64,000 bases of DNA, from the NCBI GenBank assembly GCA_945787655.1, contig CALZIJ010000009.1:3588-67587 (forward strand), in the 5' to 3' direction. Position 1 is the first letter of the stretch. Each line of letters opens with the position of its first letter. The translations under genes were made by a program, and so were the position numbers. The notes under the pieces were generated by a model. That model did no database searches. It was not told where the DNA came from and was given only the letters and a program-made list of their open reading frames with translations. This document shows positions 7,828 through 18,036 of this stretch, piece after piece. This DNA is from Nitrospiria bacterium (GTDB taxonomy: Bacteria > Nitrospirota > Nitrospiria > SBBL01 > JAADHI01).

Positions 7828-8851
7828 AATAAACTTGCCCGTCCCCTTTAATGACAGTGCCGATTTTATATGCATACAATCCCTGACGTTTTAGCAGAGC
7901 CATTGCGGGTTTCAGTTCATCGGGTGAAAGCACCACAACCATTCCGATGCCCATGTTAAACGTCGAGAACATTTCTTCCGATCCGATCTTTCCTTTTTCC
8001 TGCAATATTTTAAAAATGCCGGGTGGTGACCATTGGTTCACCTGAATTTCTGCGGCAACCCCTTTTGGGAAAATACGAGGCAGGTTGTCCGTGATCCCGC
8101 CGCCTGTCACATGGGCCAACCCTTTTATCGAAACCCGCCGGAGCAAACGACGGACCACATCCACGTAAATCCGAGTCGGCTCCAATAAGGCTTCACCCAG
8201 GGGGCGTGTCAGGCCGGGGAGACGATCTGTTACCGTTAACCCTTCATTTTCAAAAAGTATTTTTCGGACCAATGAAAATCCATTACTATGAAGCCCCGAA
8301 GAAGACAAGCCAATCAGGACATCTTTTGGACGGATTTTTTGTCCATTAATCATTTTCGATTTTTCAACCACTCCAACGGAAAACCCCGCCAGGTCATACT
8401 CTCCTTCAGGATATGAAGAGGGCATTTCCGCTGTTTCTCCGCCGATCAGAGCACATCCGGCCTGACGACACCCCTCGGTTATTCCTTTTACCACTTCGAC
8501 AGCCACTTCCGGCAAAAGCTTCCCTGTTCCAAAATAATCCAGAAAGAAAAGGGGTTCAGCGCCAGTCACAATGATGTCATTGACACACATCGCGACAAGG
8601 TCAATGCCAATCGTGTCATGCCGTCCGGTTAAAAAAGCGATTCTTAGTTTGGTCCCCACGCCGTCTGTGCCAGAAACCAGGACAGGTTGTTTATATTTTC
8701 GGGATTGCAAAGCAAATAATCCCGAAAACCCGCCCAAATCACTGATCACCTCCGATCGAAAAGTTGATTTGACCAGCGGTTTAATGCGTTCGATCACCTC
8801 GTTTCCCGCCTGGATATCCACTCCCGCTTTTTTGTACGCGATTTGCTCCAT
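7820..8851 (-). CDS. purM: Phosphoribosylformylglycinamidine cyclo-ligase (AIR synthetase)
   Basis: 343 aa. YKKAGVDIQAGNE..., SGTDGVGTKL, DYFGTGKL and HSNGFSL motifs typical of PurM. Confidence 0.95.
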   Translation of the reverse strand: MEQIAYKKAGVDIQAGNEVIERIKPLVKSTFRSEVISDLGGFSGLFALQSRKYKQPVLVSGTDGVGTKLRIAFLTGRHDTIGIDLVAMCVNDIIVTGAEPLFFLDYFGTGKLLPEVAVEVVKGITEGCRQAGCALIGGETAEMPSSYPEGEYDLAGFSVGVVEKSKMINGQKIRPKDVLIGLSSSGLHSNGFSLVRKILFENEGLTVTDRLPGLTRPLGEALLEPTRIYVDVVRRLLRRVSIKGLAHVTGGGITDNLPRIFPKGVAAEIQVNQWSPPGIFKILQEKGKIGSEEMFSTFNMGIGMVVVLSPDELKPAMALLKRQGLYAYKIGTVIKGDGQVYYV

Positions 8852-9084
8852 AACTCCGGCTTTTCCTTTACTTCTTTAATATTAAAAAAGACCTGACCTG
8901 CCTAAAACCACCGTTGTTTTTCCCAAGAAACGATGATTCGAATCTTACCCCAAGGTCTTGATAAAGATCAAATCGGCACCTTGAGGTTTAACTGTTATAA
9001 TAGACAGAAATGATTGACATTTATTGGCTATATGCCTATTCTGATTAGATTTTAGAGCTCGAATTTTGTATTTTCTAACTTAAA

Positions 9085-9864
9085 ATGAATCGCTTTCAAT
9101 CCGACAATGGGCGTCCATACCAAAAAATCCACCTTCGCCTTTTCACCATACTCCTTGTCATGATTTTGTCCCCTCCGGCCTTTTCGGCACAAACCATCGA
9201 GGGGAATATTGATGATATCGCACGGGCCATTCTCACTTACTTTCCCAAGGTGACCGGTAAAGTCATCGCAGTCAATGACAACCAGATTACCGTCCAGGTC
9301 GAATCAGGACAAGGGCTTTCAAAAGGCGTCTTGCTCACCGTATTCCGCGAAGGGGAATCCTTTTACCATCCGGTAACGGATGTCCCGCTTGGCCGTTTTG
9401 AAAGTGAAATCGGCTTTATTGAAATCCTTCACTTTGAAAAATCCCGTTTGACCGCAAAGAATATAGACCCGACGATAATGATTGAAGTCGGAGACCTGGT
9501 TCGCTTACCCTCTACAAAGATCCCTTTGGCCATCGCAACGCGGACAAAGGAGGATCACAGTTTTTTACAAAATGAACTCAGCGCGGCGCTCAACGATACC
9601 GGGCGTTTTCAAATTGATCCGCTCGCACCGGGCGCTGATCTTAAGGCGGCGCATGACCGGAAAAATCGGTATTACATTGAACTTGCGACGGACCATCAAG
9701 ACGGACAATTTTTAATGTCCTTGCTCATCCAGAATACAATCACAGGCAATCAGCTCGCCAACCTGGAGGTCTTGATTCATCAATCCAAGGAGAGTGACCT
9801 CATATTGGAACATTTACAATACCAGCTATTTGAACAACGGCAGAAAACAACAATCAATGACTGA
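9085..9864 (+). CDS. Hypothetical exported protein
   Basis: 259 aa with ATG start. Signal-peptide-like LRLFTILLVMILSPPAFSA/QT. No assignable motif. The stop overlaps the uppS start region. Confidence 0.5.
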   Translation: MNRFQSDNGRPYQKIHLRLFTILLVMILSPPAFSAQTIEGNIDDIARAILTYFPKVTGKVIAVNDNQITVQVESGQGLSKGVLLTVFREGESFYHPVTDVPLGRFESEIGFIEILHFEKSRLTAKNIDPTIMIEVGDLVRLPSTKIPLAIATRTKEDHSFLQNELSAALNDTGRFQIDPLAPGADLKAAHDRKNRYYIELATDHQDGQFLMSLLIQNTITGNQLANLEVLIHQSKESDLILEHLQYQLFEQRQKTTIND

Positions 9865-10645
9865 CTTCTCCTCTTTCGAACACAAACCCTCAGCCACCGA
9901 AGAAACCCTCCTTCAACAACTGGACCGGGATAATTTACCTCGACATGTGGCCATCATTATGGATGGGAACGGACGTTGGGCCGCACAAAGACACCTTCCC
10001 CGTATCGCAGGACACAAAGCAGGCATTCAATCCGTCAGGGAGATTGTGACTTTTTCTTGTGAAATCGGTATACAAGCCTTAACCTTGTATGCCTTTTCCA
10101 ATGAAAACTGGAACCGTCCGGTCAAGGAAATCACCCAGCTCATGATTCTCCTGGAACGTTTTCTAAATAAAGAACTTAAAACCATGATGAAAAACGAAAT
10201 TCGGTTTCAGGCCATAGGCCAAATTGACCGTCTGCAAGATTCCGTAGTCAAACTAATTCGTTCCGTAGAAAAAGAAACCCGAAATAATAACAAAATGACG
10301 CTTATTCTAGCCCTCAGTTATGGCGGACGAACCGAAATCGTGGATGCGATTAAAAAAGTCCATCAAGACCTGGAACAAGAACGGATGACAATAAAAGACC
10401 TGGATGAAAAAAGTTTTTCAAAATATTTGTATACCTGCAATATCCCCGATCCGGATCTTATGATCCGCACAAGCGGAGAAGTGCGCGTGAGCAACTTTCT
10501 CCTTTGGCAAGTCGCATATACAGAACTTTATTTTACAAAAACACCCTGGCCCGATTTCAGAAAGATCCATTTTTTACGGGCCCTATGTGACTATCAAGGA
10601 CGGGAGCGCCGGTATGGCTTGATTTCCGGGGAGCAAAACCATTAA
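9857..10645 (+). CDS. uppS: Undecaprenyl-diphosphate synthase (cis-prenyltransferase)
   Basis: HVAIIMDGNGRWA, AFSNENWNRP, RTSGEVRVSNFLLWQ. ATG 9857 is chosen (MTDFSS...), overlapping the preceding stop by 8 nt. Confidence 0.93.
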   Translation: MTDFSSFEHKPSATEETLLQQLDRDNLPRHVAIIMDGNGRWAAQRHLPRIAGHKAGIQSVREIVTFSCEIGIQALTLYAFSNENWNRPVKEITQLMILLERFLNKELKTMMKNEIRFQAIGQIDRLQDSVVKLIRSVEKETRNNNKMTLILALSYGGRTEIVDAIKKVHQDLEQERMTIKDLDEKSFSKYLYTCNIPDPDLMIRTSGEVRVSNFLLWQVAYTELYFTKTPWPDFRKIHFLRALCDYQGRERRYGLISGEQNH

Positions 10646-11441
10646 GGCAAGCCGACTTCTCACTGCAGCTATTTTACTGCCTATCCTTTGGGCAATCATC
10701 TGGTTTTCACCGTCTCTTTTCTTTTTTGTTTTTGTCGTGATACTAATTTTGCGTGTCCAGTATGAATTTTACCTGCTGTATTTTCCACCTGAGCAAACAA
10801 AAACCATGGTCTTCGGGCTCTTCTGGGGGTTCTGTCTTGCTTCAACCCTTTATATCAACACCTCTATGGCAGGCATTATTCTGTTTTTAAGTCTCATCGC
10901 CGTTTTTCTGTACACCTTGTTTACCTTTCAAGACATTCAAAAAACATTTTCAGAATCTGCTATCCTTTTTATTGGTATTGCCTATTTACCTGGATTCGTC
11001 AGCCATCTTTTTTTAATCCGGGATTTACCTGAAGGCCCTGGGCTGATTATTCTTTTGCTTCTGATGACCTGGGGGGGCGATGCGGGCGCGTATTACGCGG
11101 GCCGTGCGCTGGGCAAAAAAAAACTTGCCCCCAGAGTCAGCCCGAACAAAACCATCGCAGGTGCCATTGGCGGCCTCGCGACGACTTTTTTAGGATGTCT
11201 ATTGGCCAAGTATACCTACTTACCCATACTCGAATGGAAAGACGTCGTTATCCTTTCCCTATTACTTGGTATAATGGGGCAATTGGGCGATTTGACGGAA
11301 TCAATGCTGAAACGGGCGGCCGGCGTTAAAGACTCGAGTAGTATAATTCCTGCCCATGGCGGCCTTTTTGATAAATTAGACAGCATTGCGTTTGCGGCAC
11401 CGCTGCTCTATTATTATATGCAATGGGGACATTCACTATGA
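10641..11441 (+). CDS. cdsA: Phosphatidate cytidylyltransferase (start codon uncertain; first canonical start is GTG 10737)
   Basis: C-terminal signature SMLKRAAGVKDSSSIIPAHGGLFDKLDS. The frame is open from 10623 and encodes a typical CdsA first helix (KASRLLTAAILLPILWAIIWF) upstream of the first ATG/GTG/TTG. ATT 10641 overlaps the uppS stop (ATTAA). Confidence 0.85.
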   Translation: MKASRLLTAAILLPILWAIIWFSPSLFFFVFVVILILRVQYEFYLLYFPPEQTKTMVFGLFWGFCLASTLYINTSMAGIILFLSLIAVFLYTLFTFQDIQKTFSESAILFIGIAYLPGFVSHLFLIRDLPEGPGLIILLLLMTWGGDAGAYYAGRALGKKKLAPRVSPNKTIAGAIGGLATTFLGCLLAKYTYLPILEWKDVVILSLLLGIMGQLGDLTESMLKRAAGVKDSSSIIPAHGGLFDKLDSIAFAAPLLYYYMQWGHSL

Positions 11442-11526
11442 ACACCCGCACAATAGAAAAAAGCGCTAAAAATCCCCGTGCCAGTAATTCCATAGATGCC
11501 TTTATCAGTCTGGTTTGCAAATCCCT

Positions 11527-12690
11527 ATGAAAAAAATCGTCATCCTAGGGGCAACCGGTTCAATCGGGACAAATACCCTCGACATTATTCAACGCTTCCC
11601 CGACAAGTTTCAAGTCCTGGGACTGACCGCAGGATCAAGTGTTGAAAAACTTGAGTCACTGATCAAGGTATTTAAACCCAAAGTCGTGGCTTTGCAAAAT
11701 GAGAAATCTGCGGCGGCTTTGTCTAAAACCCTTTCTGCGTCCAATGTCGAAGTGCTCTCTGGCAATCAGGGAATTGTTGAAGTCGCCCGGCATCCGGAAG
11801 CAGACCTTGTGATCTCCGCCATCGTCGGTGCGGCCGGTCTGCTTCCGACCCTTTCAGCCATCAGGGCAAAAAAAAATGTAGCCATCGCCAATAAAGAGCC
11901 CTTGGTCATGGCCGGAGAAATCATTCGACGTGAGGCGACCTTAAACGGCGTTTCCATCTTACCGATTGACAGCGAACATTCTGCAATTTTTCAAGTCCTT
12001 AATGGAGAACAGCGTCATTCCATTAAACGAATTATTCTCACCGCGTCAGGAGGGCCGCTGCTTCGTTTTTCAAATAAAGAAAAAGAACAGGTGTCTTTGG
12101 AAGAAGCACTTGCACACCCCAACTGGAAAATGGGGCCCAAAATCTCCATAGACTCCGCAACGTTGATGAACAAAGGGCTTGAAATCATCGAAGCCCGTTG
12201 GCTTTTTGATGTGCCGCCTGAACAAATAGATGTCGTGATCCATCCTCAATCCATTGTCCATTCCATGGTCGAATTTGTGGACCGTTCCGTCGTGGCACAA
12301 ATGGGTCTTCCGGATATGCGTACTCCGATTTGTTATGTCTTGCATTATCCCCGAAGAGCGCCTATTTCGCTGCCCTCACTTGACTTGACGGAGGTGGGGA
12401 CGCTAACATTTGAAAAGCCGGATACCACTGCATTTCCCCTCCTGAAAACCGCCTATACGGCATTGGAAGAAGGTGGAACGCTTCCATCCGTTCTCAATGC
12501 AGCAAATGAAGAAGCGGTCACGGCATTTTTAGAGAAACAAATCAGTTTTGGCATGATCAACCGCATCATCCAGCAAACGCTTGAGGCGCACACGCCCCAG
12601 TCCACAGAAACCCTGGACGATGTACTCGAAGCGGATCGTTGGGCCCGTTTGGAAGGAAAACGATGGATCAAGCAATGTACGGTCTGTTAA
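11527..12690 (+). CDS. dxr: 1-deoxy-D-xylulose-5-phosphate reductoisomerase
   Basis: MKKIVILGATGSIGTNTLD, LPIDSEHSAIFQ, NKGLEIIEA, HPQSIVHSMVEF. Confidence 0.95.
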   Translation: MKKIVILGATGSIGTNTLDIIQRFPDKFQVLGLTAGSSVEKLESLIKVFKPKVVALQNEKSAAALSKTLSASNVEVLSGNQGIVEVARHPEADLVISAIVGAAGLLPTLSAIRAKKNVAIANKEPLVMAGEIIRREATLNGVSILPIDSEHSAIFQVLNGEQRHSIKRIILTASGGPLLRFSNKEKEQVSLEEALAHPNWKMGPKISIDSATLMNKGLEIIEARWLFDVPPEQIDVVIHPQSIVHSMVEFVDRSVVAQMGLPDMRTPICYVLHYPRRAPISLPSLDLTEVGTLTFEKPDTTAFPLLKTAYTALEEGGTLPSVLNAANEEAVTAFLEKQISFGMINRIIQQTLEAHTPQSTETLDDVLEADRWARLEGKRWIKQCTVC

Positions 12691-12709
12691 AAACCAGGGA
12701 AACCATTAG

Positions 12710-13786
12710 ATGTTTAGTTTGACCACTATTTTGACATTTATTATCGTGCTTGGGGTACTCGTCGGCATCCACGAATTCGGCCACTATATTGTCGCAAGGA
12801 TGTGCGGGGTACAGGTTCAAACCTTTTCTTTGGGCTTTGGTCCCAAGATCGCTTCAAAAAAAGTCGGACCCACTGAATATTGTCTTTCGGTCATTCCACT
12901 CGGTGGATACGTCCGCATGCTGGGCGATGACCCAAATGAAGAAATTCCTGAGGAAGAAAAATCAAGATCTTTTCTGACCCAGCCCGTACGAAAAAAGATC
13001 GCCATCGTCGTGGCCGGCCCGCTTTTCAACCTCCTTTTGGCTGTCCTGATCTATTCCGGAATTTATATGACCGGCTTTCCTACAGTCACCGCAGTCATTG
13101 GTGAAGTCCAGGAAGACTCTGCCGCAGAAGCAGGAGGGATGCTGCCGGGAGACAAAGTCATCGCTATAGAAAATGAACAGATTGCGGATTGGGAAGAAGT
13201 ACGCGAAACAGTGCAAGGAAGCGGCGGGAAACCGCTCTACTTCCTTGTACAAAGAGACGGACAGGAAGTCGAGCTGAATATTACCCCCCGGTCTAAAGAG
13301 AGTGAGGATGTTTTCGGTGATGCACAAGCAGTCTGGCTTGTAGGGATTACCCCCAAAGGGGATCAAATCACAAAACGCTACAACCCCGTCAAAGCCATTT
13401 ATATGGGGACAGAAAATACCATCAAGCTCACCTATTTGACCGTTAAAGGCATATTCAAAATGATTATGGGAAAGATTTCTTCCGAGAGCCTGGGTGGGCC
13501 CATCCTGATTGCCCAAATTGCCGGTGAACAAGCCGAACGCGGATTTTCAAATGTGATTCTTTTTGTGGCCATGCTCAGCATCAACCTTGGGGTACTTAAT
13601 CTTTTTCCCATTCCGGTTTTAGATGGCGGACATTTGCTTATTTTCTCGATAGAAGGCATTATCGGACGGCCAATCAGTTTAAAAATACGGGAAATTGCTC
13701 AACAGGTCGGGCTTTTTCTGATTATTTCGCTTATGGTTTTTGCTTTTTACAATGACATTATGCGTATTTTCGTCAATCAAGGTTAA
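12710..13786 (+). CDS. rseP: RIP site-2 zinc metalloprotease RseP
   Basis: HEFGHYIVAR zinc motif. PDZ-like segment (AAEAGGMLPGDKVIAI). C-terminal NLFPIPVLDGGH motif. Confidence 0.93.
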   Translation: MFSLTTILTFIIVLGVLVGIHEFGHYIVARMCGVQVQTFSLGFGPKIASKKVGPTEYCLSVIPLGGYVRMLGDDPNEEIPEEEKSRSFLTQPVRKKIAIVVAGPLFNLLLAVLIYSGIYMTGFPTVTAVIGEVQEDSAAEAGGMLPGDKVIAIENEQIADWEEVRETVQGSGGKPLYFLVQRDGQEVELNITPRSKESEDVFGDAQAVWLVGITPKGDQITKRYNPVKAIYMGTENTIKLTYLTVKGIFKMIMGKISSESLGGPILIAQIAGEQAERGFSNVILFVAMLSINLGVLNLFPIPVLDGGHLLIFSIEGIIGRPISLKIREIAQQVGLFLIISLMVFAFYNDIMRIFVNQG

Positions 13787-13810
13787 AGGCAGTATTTCTG
13801 TAAATTCACT

Positions 13811-14932
13811 ATGTCCAGTCCTTTAAATATCCTGCGCCGAAAAACAAGGCAGATTTCAGTCGGAAATGTCAAAATTGGAGGAGATGCGCCCATTGTCGTT
13901 CAGTCCATGACAACAACGGACACACGGGACATCGCTGCAACGGTCGCCGAAATTCATCGCCTTGAAGCGGCCGGATGTGAAATCGTTCGTGTCACGGTGC
14001 CCGATCAGGCTTCTGCGGAAGCCCTCCCCAAAATCAGGGAACAGATCAGCACCCCCCTCATCGCTGATATTCATTTCAGCCATAAAGTGGCTTTGATGGC
14101 ACTGGATGCCCATGTCGAAGGCCTTCGCCTGAACCCTGGCAATATTGGCGCGCGCAACCGGGTAGAACGTGTGGTCAAACAGGCCAAAGACCAGGGTGTT
14201 CCAATTCGCATCGGCGTTAATGCCGGTTCACTTGAAAAACACCTGCTCGAAAAATACGGCTATCCCACGGCAGAAGCCATGGTCGAATCTGCCGCATATC
14301 ATATCGAAATTCTGGAATCCCTTGGTTTTTATGAAACGAAGGTCTCATTAAAGGCCTCCCATGTCGGTTTGGCGGTTGAGGCTTACCGCCTTTTTTCTTC
14401 TCGATTTGATTACCCCTTACATTTAGGCATTACGGAAGCAGGGACTGCTTCAACCGGTGCGGTAAAATCTGCTGTCGGCCTTGGCATTCTACTTGCCGAA
14501 GGAATCGGCGACACCATTCGCATTTCCCTCGCGGCAGACCCGGTTGAAGAAATTCGAGTCGGCTTTGAAATTCTAAAATCATTGAATCTTAGAAAGCGCG
14601 GCGTCAATGTCATCGCCTGCCCGACATGCGGGCGTCTGGAGTTTGATGTCATCCAGCTGGCAGCCGATATTGAAAAACGGCTTTCTCATATTACCGAACC
14701 CATCGATGTTTCGATACTCGGCTGTGTCGTAAACGGCATTGGAGAAGGCAAAGAAGCTGATATCGGCATTGCAGGAGGTCATTCAGGCAGCCTTCTTTTT
14801 AGAAAAGGGAAAATCATTAAAAAAGTCCCCTCGGAGGAACTGGAATCTGCTCTGATTGAAGAAGTCGAACAAATCGCCTTGGAAAGAAGGGAAGCCCGAA
14901 AACAACATGTGCTTACCCCCTCGTCCACTTAA
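13811..14932 (+). CDS. ispG: 4-hydroxy-3-methylbut-2-en-1-yl diphosphate synthase
   Basis: [17 protein letters not shown]-like [26 protein letters not shown] cluster ligand motifs. Confidence 0.95.
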   Translation: MSSPLNILRRKTRQISVGNVKIGGDAPIVVQSMTTTDTRDIAATVAEIHRLEAAGCEIVRVTVPDQASAEALPKIREQISTPLIADIHFSHKVALMALDAHVEGLRLNPGNIGARNRVERVVKQAKDQGVPIRIGVNAGSLEKHLLEKYGYPTAEAMVESAAYHIEILESLGFYETKVSLKASHVGLAVEAYRLFSSRFDYPLHLGITEAGTASTGAVKSAVGLGILLAEGIGDTIRISLAADPVEEIRVGFEILKSLNLRKRGVNVIACPTCGRLEFDVIQLAADIEKRLSHITEPIDVSILGCVVNGIGEGKEADIGIAGGHSGSLLFRKGKIIKKVPSEELESALIEEVEQIALERREARKQHVLTPSST

Positions 14933-14968
14933 ACCAAACACCCGTATCTTGTTTTTAAAGGCTTAAAC

Positions 14969-15898
14969 ATGTCTAATCATACCGCAGTGCTGCTAATGGC
15001 ACACGGCGCGCCCGAATCCGTTGAACACATTCCAGCCTACCTTCAGCATATTATGAAAGGCAGGCCCCCTTCTGATGAAATTATCGCTCAAGTCAAGGAA
15101 CGCTATCAACTCGTGGGTGGAAAATCTCCTTTACTTGAAATCACAACAAAGCAGGCGCTGTCACTCGAAAAACGTTTAAATCAAAGCACTGAGGTATTTA
15201 AAGTTTTTATTGGCATGCGCCATTGGCACCCTTTTATCGATGAAACTGTTCAACAGATGGCATCTGACCCGCCGGAGCGTCTGCTGGCACTCAGTCTCGC
15301 TCCACAGTACTCTACTTTAAGTGTCGCGGCCTATATCGAAACCCTGAACAAAGCCCTCTCTTCAGCCCACTTAAATGTTCCGGTACAAACCGTCAAAAGC
15401 TGGTACAAGCAACCGGATTTAATCGAAGCATTTTGCGAAAAAATTAAAGACGCGCTCAATCACTATGAAGAGGATATCCGTAAAGAGGTTCATTTGCTTT
15501 TTACCGCGCATTCCCTTCCGGAATCTGTGTTGGAGCAGGGAGATCCATATCCCCAGGAAGTCGAGGGGACGGTGAAGGCTATTCTGAAAAACCTCGATAT
15601 CCATTCGAAAGAATATTCCAGCTCCTTTGCGTATCAAAGTCAGGGGTTCAGAGGTGGAAAATGGCTCGGCCCGGAAGTGGAAAAAATACTGGATCAACTG
15701 GCTTCAAAAGAAACCAAACATGTCCTTCTGGTTCCCATCGGCTTTGTCTGTGATCATGTCGAAATCCTTTACGATGTGGATATTCTTTTTAAGGATTATG
15801 CCAAAACACTGGGGATCACACTTCGGAGGACTGCATCCCTGAATGATTCTCCCCGTTTTATCGATGCCTTGGTGAAAACGATTCATGCCCACCTTTAG
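14969..15898 (+). CDS. hemH: Ferrochelatase
   Basis: AVLLMAHGAP, YQLVGGKSPL, FTAHSLP, VPIGFVCDHVEILYD. Confidence 0.92.
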   Translation: MSNHTAVLLMAHGAPESVEHIPAYLQHIMKGRPPSDEIIAQVKERYQLVGGKSPLLEITTKQALSLEKRLNQSTEVFKVFIGMRHWHPFIDETVQQMASDPPERLLALSLAPQYSTLSVAAYIETLNKALSSAHLNVPVQTVKSWYKQPDLIEAFCEKIKDALNHYEEDIRKEVHLLFTAHSLPESVLEQGDPYPQEVEGTVKAILKNLDIHSKEYSSSFAYQSQGFRGGKWLGPEVEKILDQLASKETKHVLLVPIGFVCDHVEILYDVDILFKDYAKTLGITLRRTASLNDSPRFIDALVKTIHAHL

Positions 15899-16069
15899 TG
15901 CAGAGCCACTTGAAACCTTCCCGTTACGGCCCTTCCAGCAAAGACGACACGGATCTTTATAAATTGGTTATAAAAACGCCCGCTTTCCGGGCAGTAGGAA
16001 ATATGGTATCTTTTTCGCAAGTCTATATGATTGGTTCGAAAACTCTAATTAATCAACATATCCAAAACG

Positions 16070-17422
16070 ATGAATAAACCCAAACTGCTCATCATTGATG
16101 ACGACGAAACCATATTAAATCAAATGAAATGGGCCCTGATGGAGACCTATGATATTTTTCTCGCGGGTGATCGCAGAAAAGGGCTTGATCTTTTCCGTCG
16201 TGAACTGCCGCCCCTGGTGACGCTGGATTTGGGCCTTCCGCCCTATCCCCGCGATGCGACGGAAGGGTTGCGGGCCTTATCCGAAATGCTTGAAATGAAT
16301 GCCAAAACAAAAATCCTGGTCGTCAGCGGCAATTCGGATCAATCCAATGCCTTGCAGGCAATTGAACAAGGGGCATATGACTTTTTTAAAAAACCGATCG
16401 AACTCGACGAAATCCAGGTCACACTCCGTCGGGCATTAAATTTATTTCACCTGGAAGAAGAAAACCGCCGACTTAAACGAAAACCCGTTCCAGGGAGCGG
16501 CATTATTGGCGCCAGCCGTGCGATGGAAACACTTCATAAGACCGTTCGAAAAATTGCCAACAACAGCTTCCCTGTACTCATTTCCGGGGAAAGCGGGACG
16601 GGAAAAGAACTGATCGCCCATGCCATTCACCATCAGAGTGATCGGGCAGAGAAACCCTTTGTCGCCATTAATTGTGGCGCCATTCCTGAAAACCTCATGG
16701 AAAGTGAGCTTTTCGGACATGAAAAGGGATCGTTCACAGGAGCCCATGCCCAACGCAAGGGCCGGATTGAATTTGCTGAAGGCGGCACCCTTTTTCTCGA
16801 CGAAATAGGAGAACTGGGTCTAAACCTGCAGGTCAAGCTCCTGCGTTTTCTCCAGGAAAAAACACTCGAAAGGGTGGGTGGACGAAAAAGTTATGAGATT
16901 GACGCCCGTGTCGTTGCCGCAACCAATCGGGATTTGAAAGAATTGACTCAATCAGGAGCATTCCGGGAAGATCTATATTACCGGCTAAGCGTGGTTTCCG
17001 TCACCAGTCCACCTCTTCGGGAACGGGAAGGAGATCTCCTTTTACTGACCCATGCCTTTTTAAACCAATTTTCAGAAGAAGCCCGAAAAAAAATCAAGGG
17101 CCTGACCAAGGAAGCCATCGAAGCCCTGTCCGTTTATGACTGGCCGGGAAATGTTCGGGAACTTGAAAATAAAATAAAGCGTGCTGTGGTGATGGCGGAA
17201 GGCGCCTTTCTGACCGCAGAAGACCTGGAGCTGGCCAACCAATCAGGTCCTCCTCCTTTGCCCAGACTTAAAGATGCAAAAGACCGACTTGAACGTGAAT
17301 TGGCCGAAGAAGCATTGACCCGTTATGGAGGAAACATTACGCACGCAGCCTCCGCCTTAGGAATTTCAAGACAGGCTTTTCATGATATTATTTCAAAACA
17401 TGGCATCGAACGGCCCAGTTAA
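16070..17422 (+). CDS. Sigma-54-dependent response regulator (REC, AAA+, Fis-type HTH); resembles PEP-CTERM-box regulator PrsR
   Basis: REC with LIIDDD and VTLDLGLPP. Walker A GESGTGKE. Sigma-54 contact loop GSFTGA (GAFTGA variant). C-terminal HTH AASALGISRQAFHDIISKHGI. The N-terminal LDLGLPPyprdatEGL...VSGN...AIEQGAYDFFKKP strongly recalls the PrsR family as I remember it. Confidence 0.85.
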   Translation: MNKPKLLIIDDDETILNQMKWALMETYDIFLAGDRRKGLDLFRRELPPLVTLDLGLPPYPRDATEGLRALSEMLEMNAKTKILVVSGNSDQSNALQAIEQGAYDFFKKPIELDEIQVTLRRALNLFHLEEENRRLKRKPVPGSGIIGASRAMETLHKTVRKIANNSFPVLISGESGTGKELIAHAIHHQSDRAEKPFVAINCGAIPENLMESELFGHEKGSFTGAHAQRKGRIEFAEGGTLFLDEIGELGLNLQVKLLRFLQEKTLERVGGRKSYEIDARVVAATNRDLKELTQSGAFREDLYYRLSVVSVTSPPLREREGDLLLLTHAFLNQFSEEARKKIKGLTKEAIEALSVYDWPGNVRELENKIKRAVVMAEGAFLTAEDLELANQSGPPPLPRLKDAKDRLERELAEEALTRYGGNITHAASALGISRQAFHDIISKHGIERPS

Positions 17423-17492
17423 CTTCTGCTTTAACCCCCATTTTGACCGACGAAGACAATCTTGATTATTAGGATTTGAAGGACTCTGAGCG

Positions 17493-17699
17493 CTAGCTTA
17501 GAATCATGACCGGTCTCAACAAATTTCTTCCTCTTCCGGTTTGAGTCTGTCCTTGCCGGTTATTCAGAATCACACCATCTATAATTTCACCACATGAGAG
17601 ACAACGATATATCGGTATGTATACGCGTCCCCTGTCATCAATCAATCGATCACAAACCATCATCCCCTTGCACCGTCCACAACTCACTTTATCCTCCAT
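17493..17699 (-). CDS. Small zinc-ribbon protein (hypothetical)
   Basis: 68-aa ORF with CGRC...(21 aa)...CLSC. Convergent with the sigma-54 regulator. No convincing Shine-Dalgarno sequence, so coding status is uncertain. Confidence 0.35.
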   Translation of the reverse strand: MEDKVSCGRCKGMMVCDRLIDDRGRVYIPIYRCLSCGEIIDGVILNNRQGQTQTGRGRNLLRPVMILS

Positions 17700-18036
17700 T
17701 TTTATATTCGGTATCCGATCGCACGTTTTACTTCACACCGAATTTCAATAATGAATGTCCGCTCCCGGTCTCTTTCATTTTTCTCCAACAGGGCTTGTTT
17801 TTTCTATAATTTGAAAAATTCTGCCTGTTTTATAGATAAAATGATCCAGGTGAGGCTTTAGTGATGAAATTGTAAAAACGACGTTAAATCAAAAGAGGAT
17901 GACGATTGAAACAGTGCATTCAAGGTATTTTTATGGAGCTGTTTCACGACTGAGGATATAAAAATTCGGATGGATATAAAACAGGATGGTTTTTATCTAA
18001 AGAGAAAACCGGCGGATGTTAAAAAAGGTCATTCTC

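Noticed and set aside
12962-13531. 189-aa antisense ORF inside rseP
   Set aside because: It is entirely embedded opposite a gene with clear HEFGH/PDZ motifs. Its translation has no recognisable domain. It is a typical shadow ORF.
17954-17981. GGATATAAAA direct repeat (17954-17963 and 17972-17981) downstream of the FGE-domain gene
   Set aside because: It is a short AT-rich repeat in an AT-rich spacer. It is easily explained by chance, and no associated promoter or gene could be tied to it.
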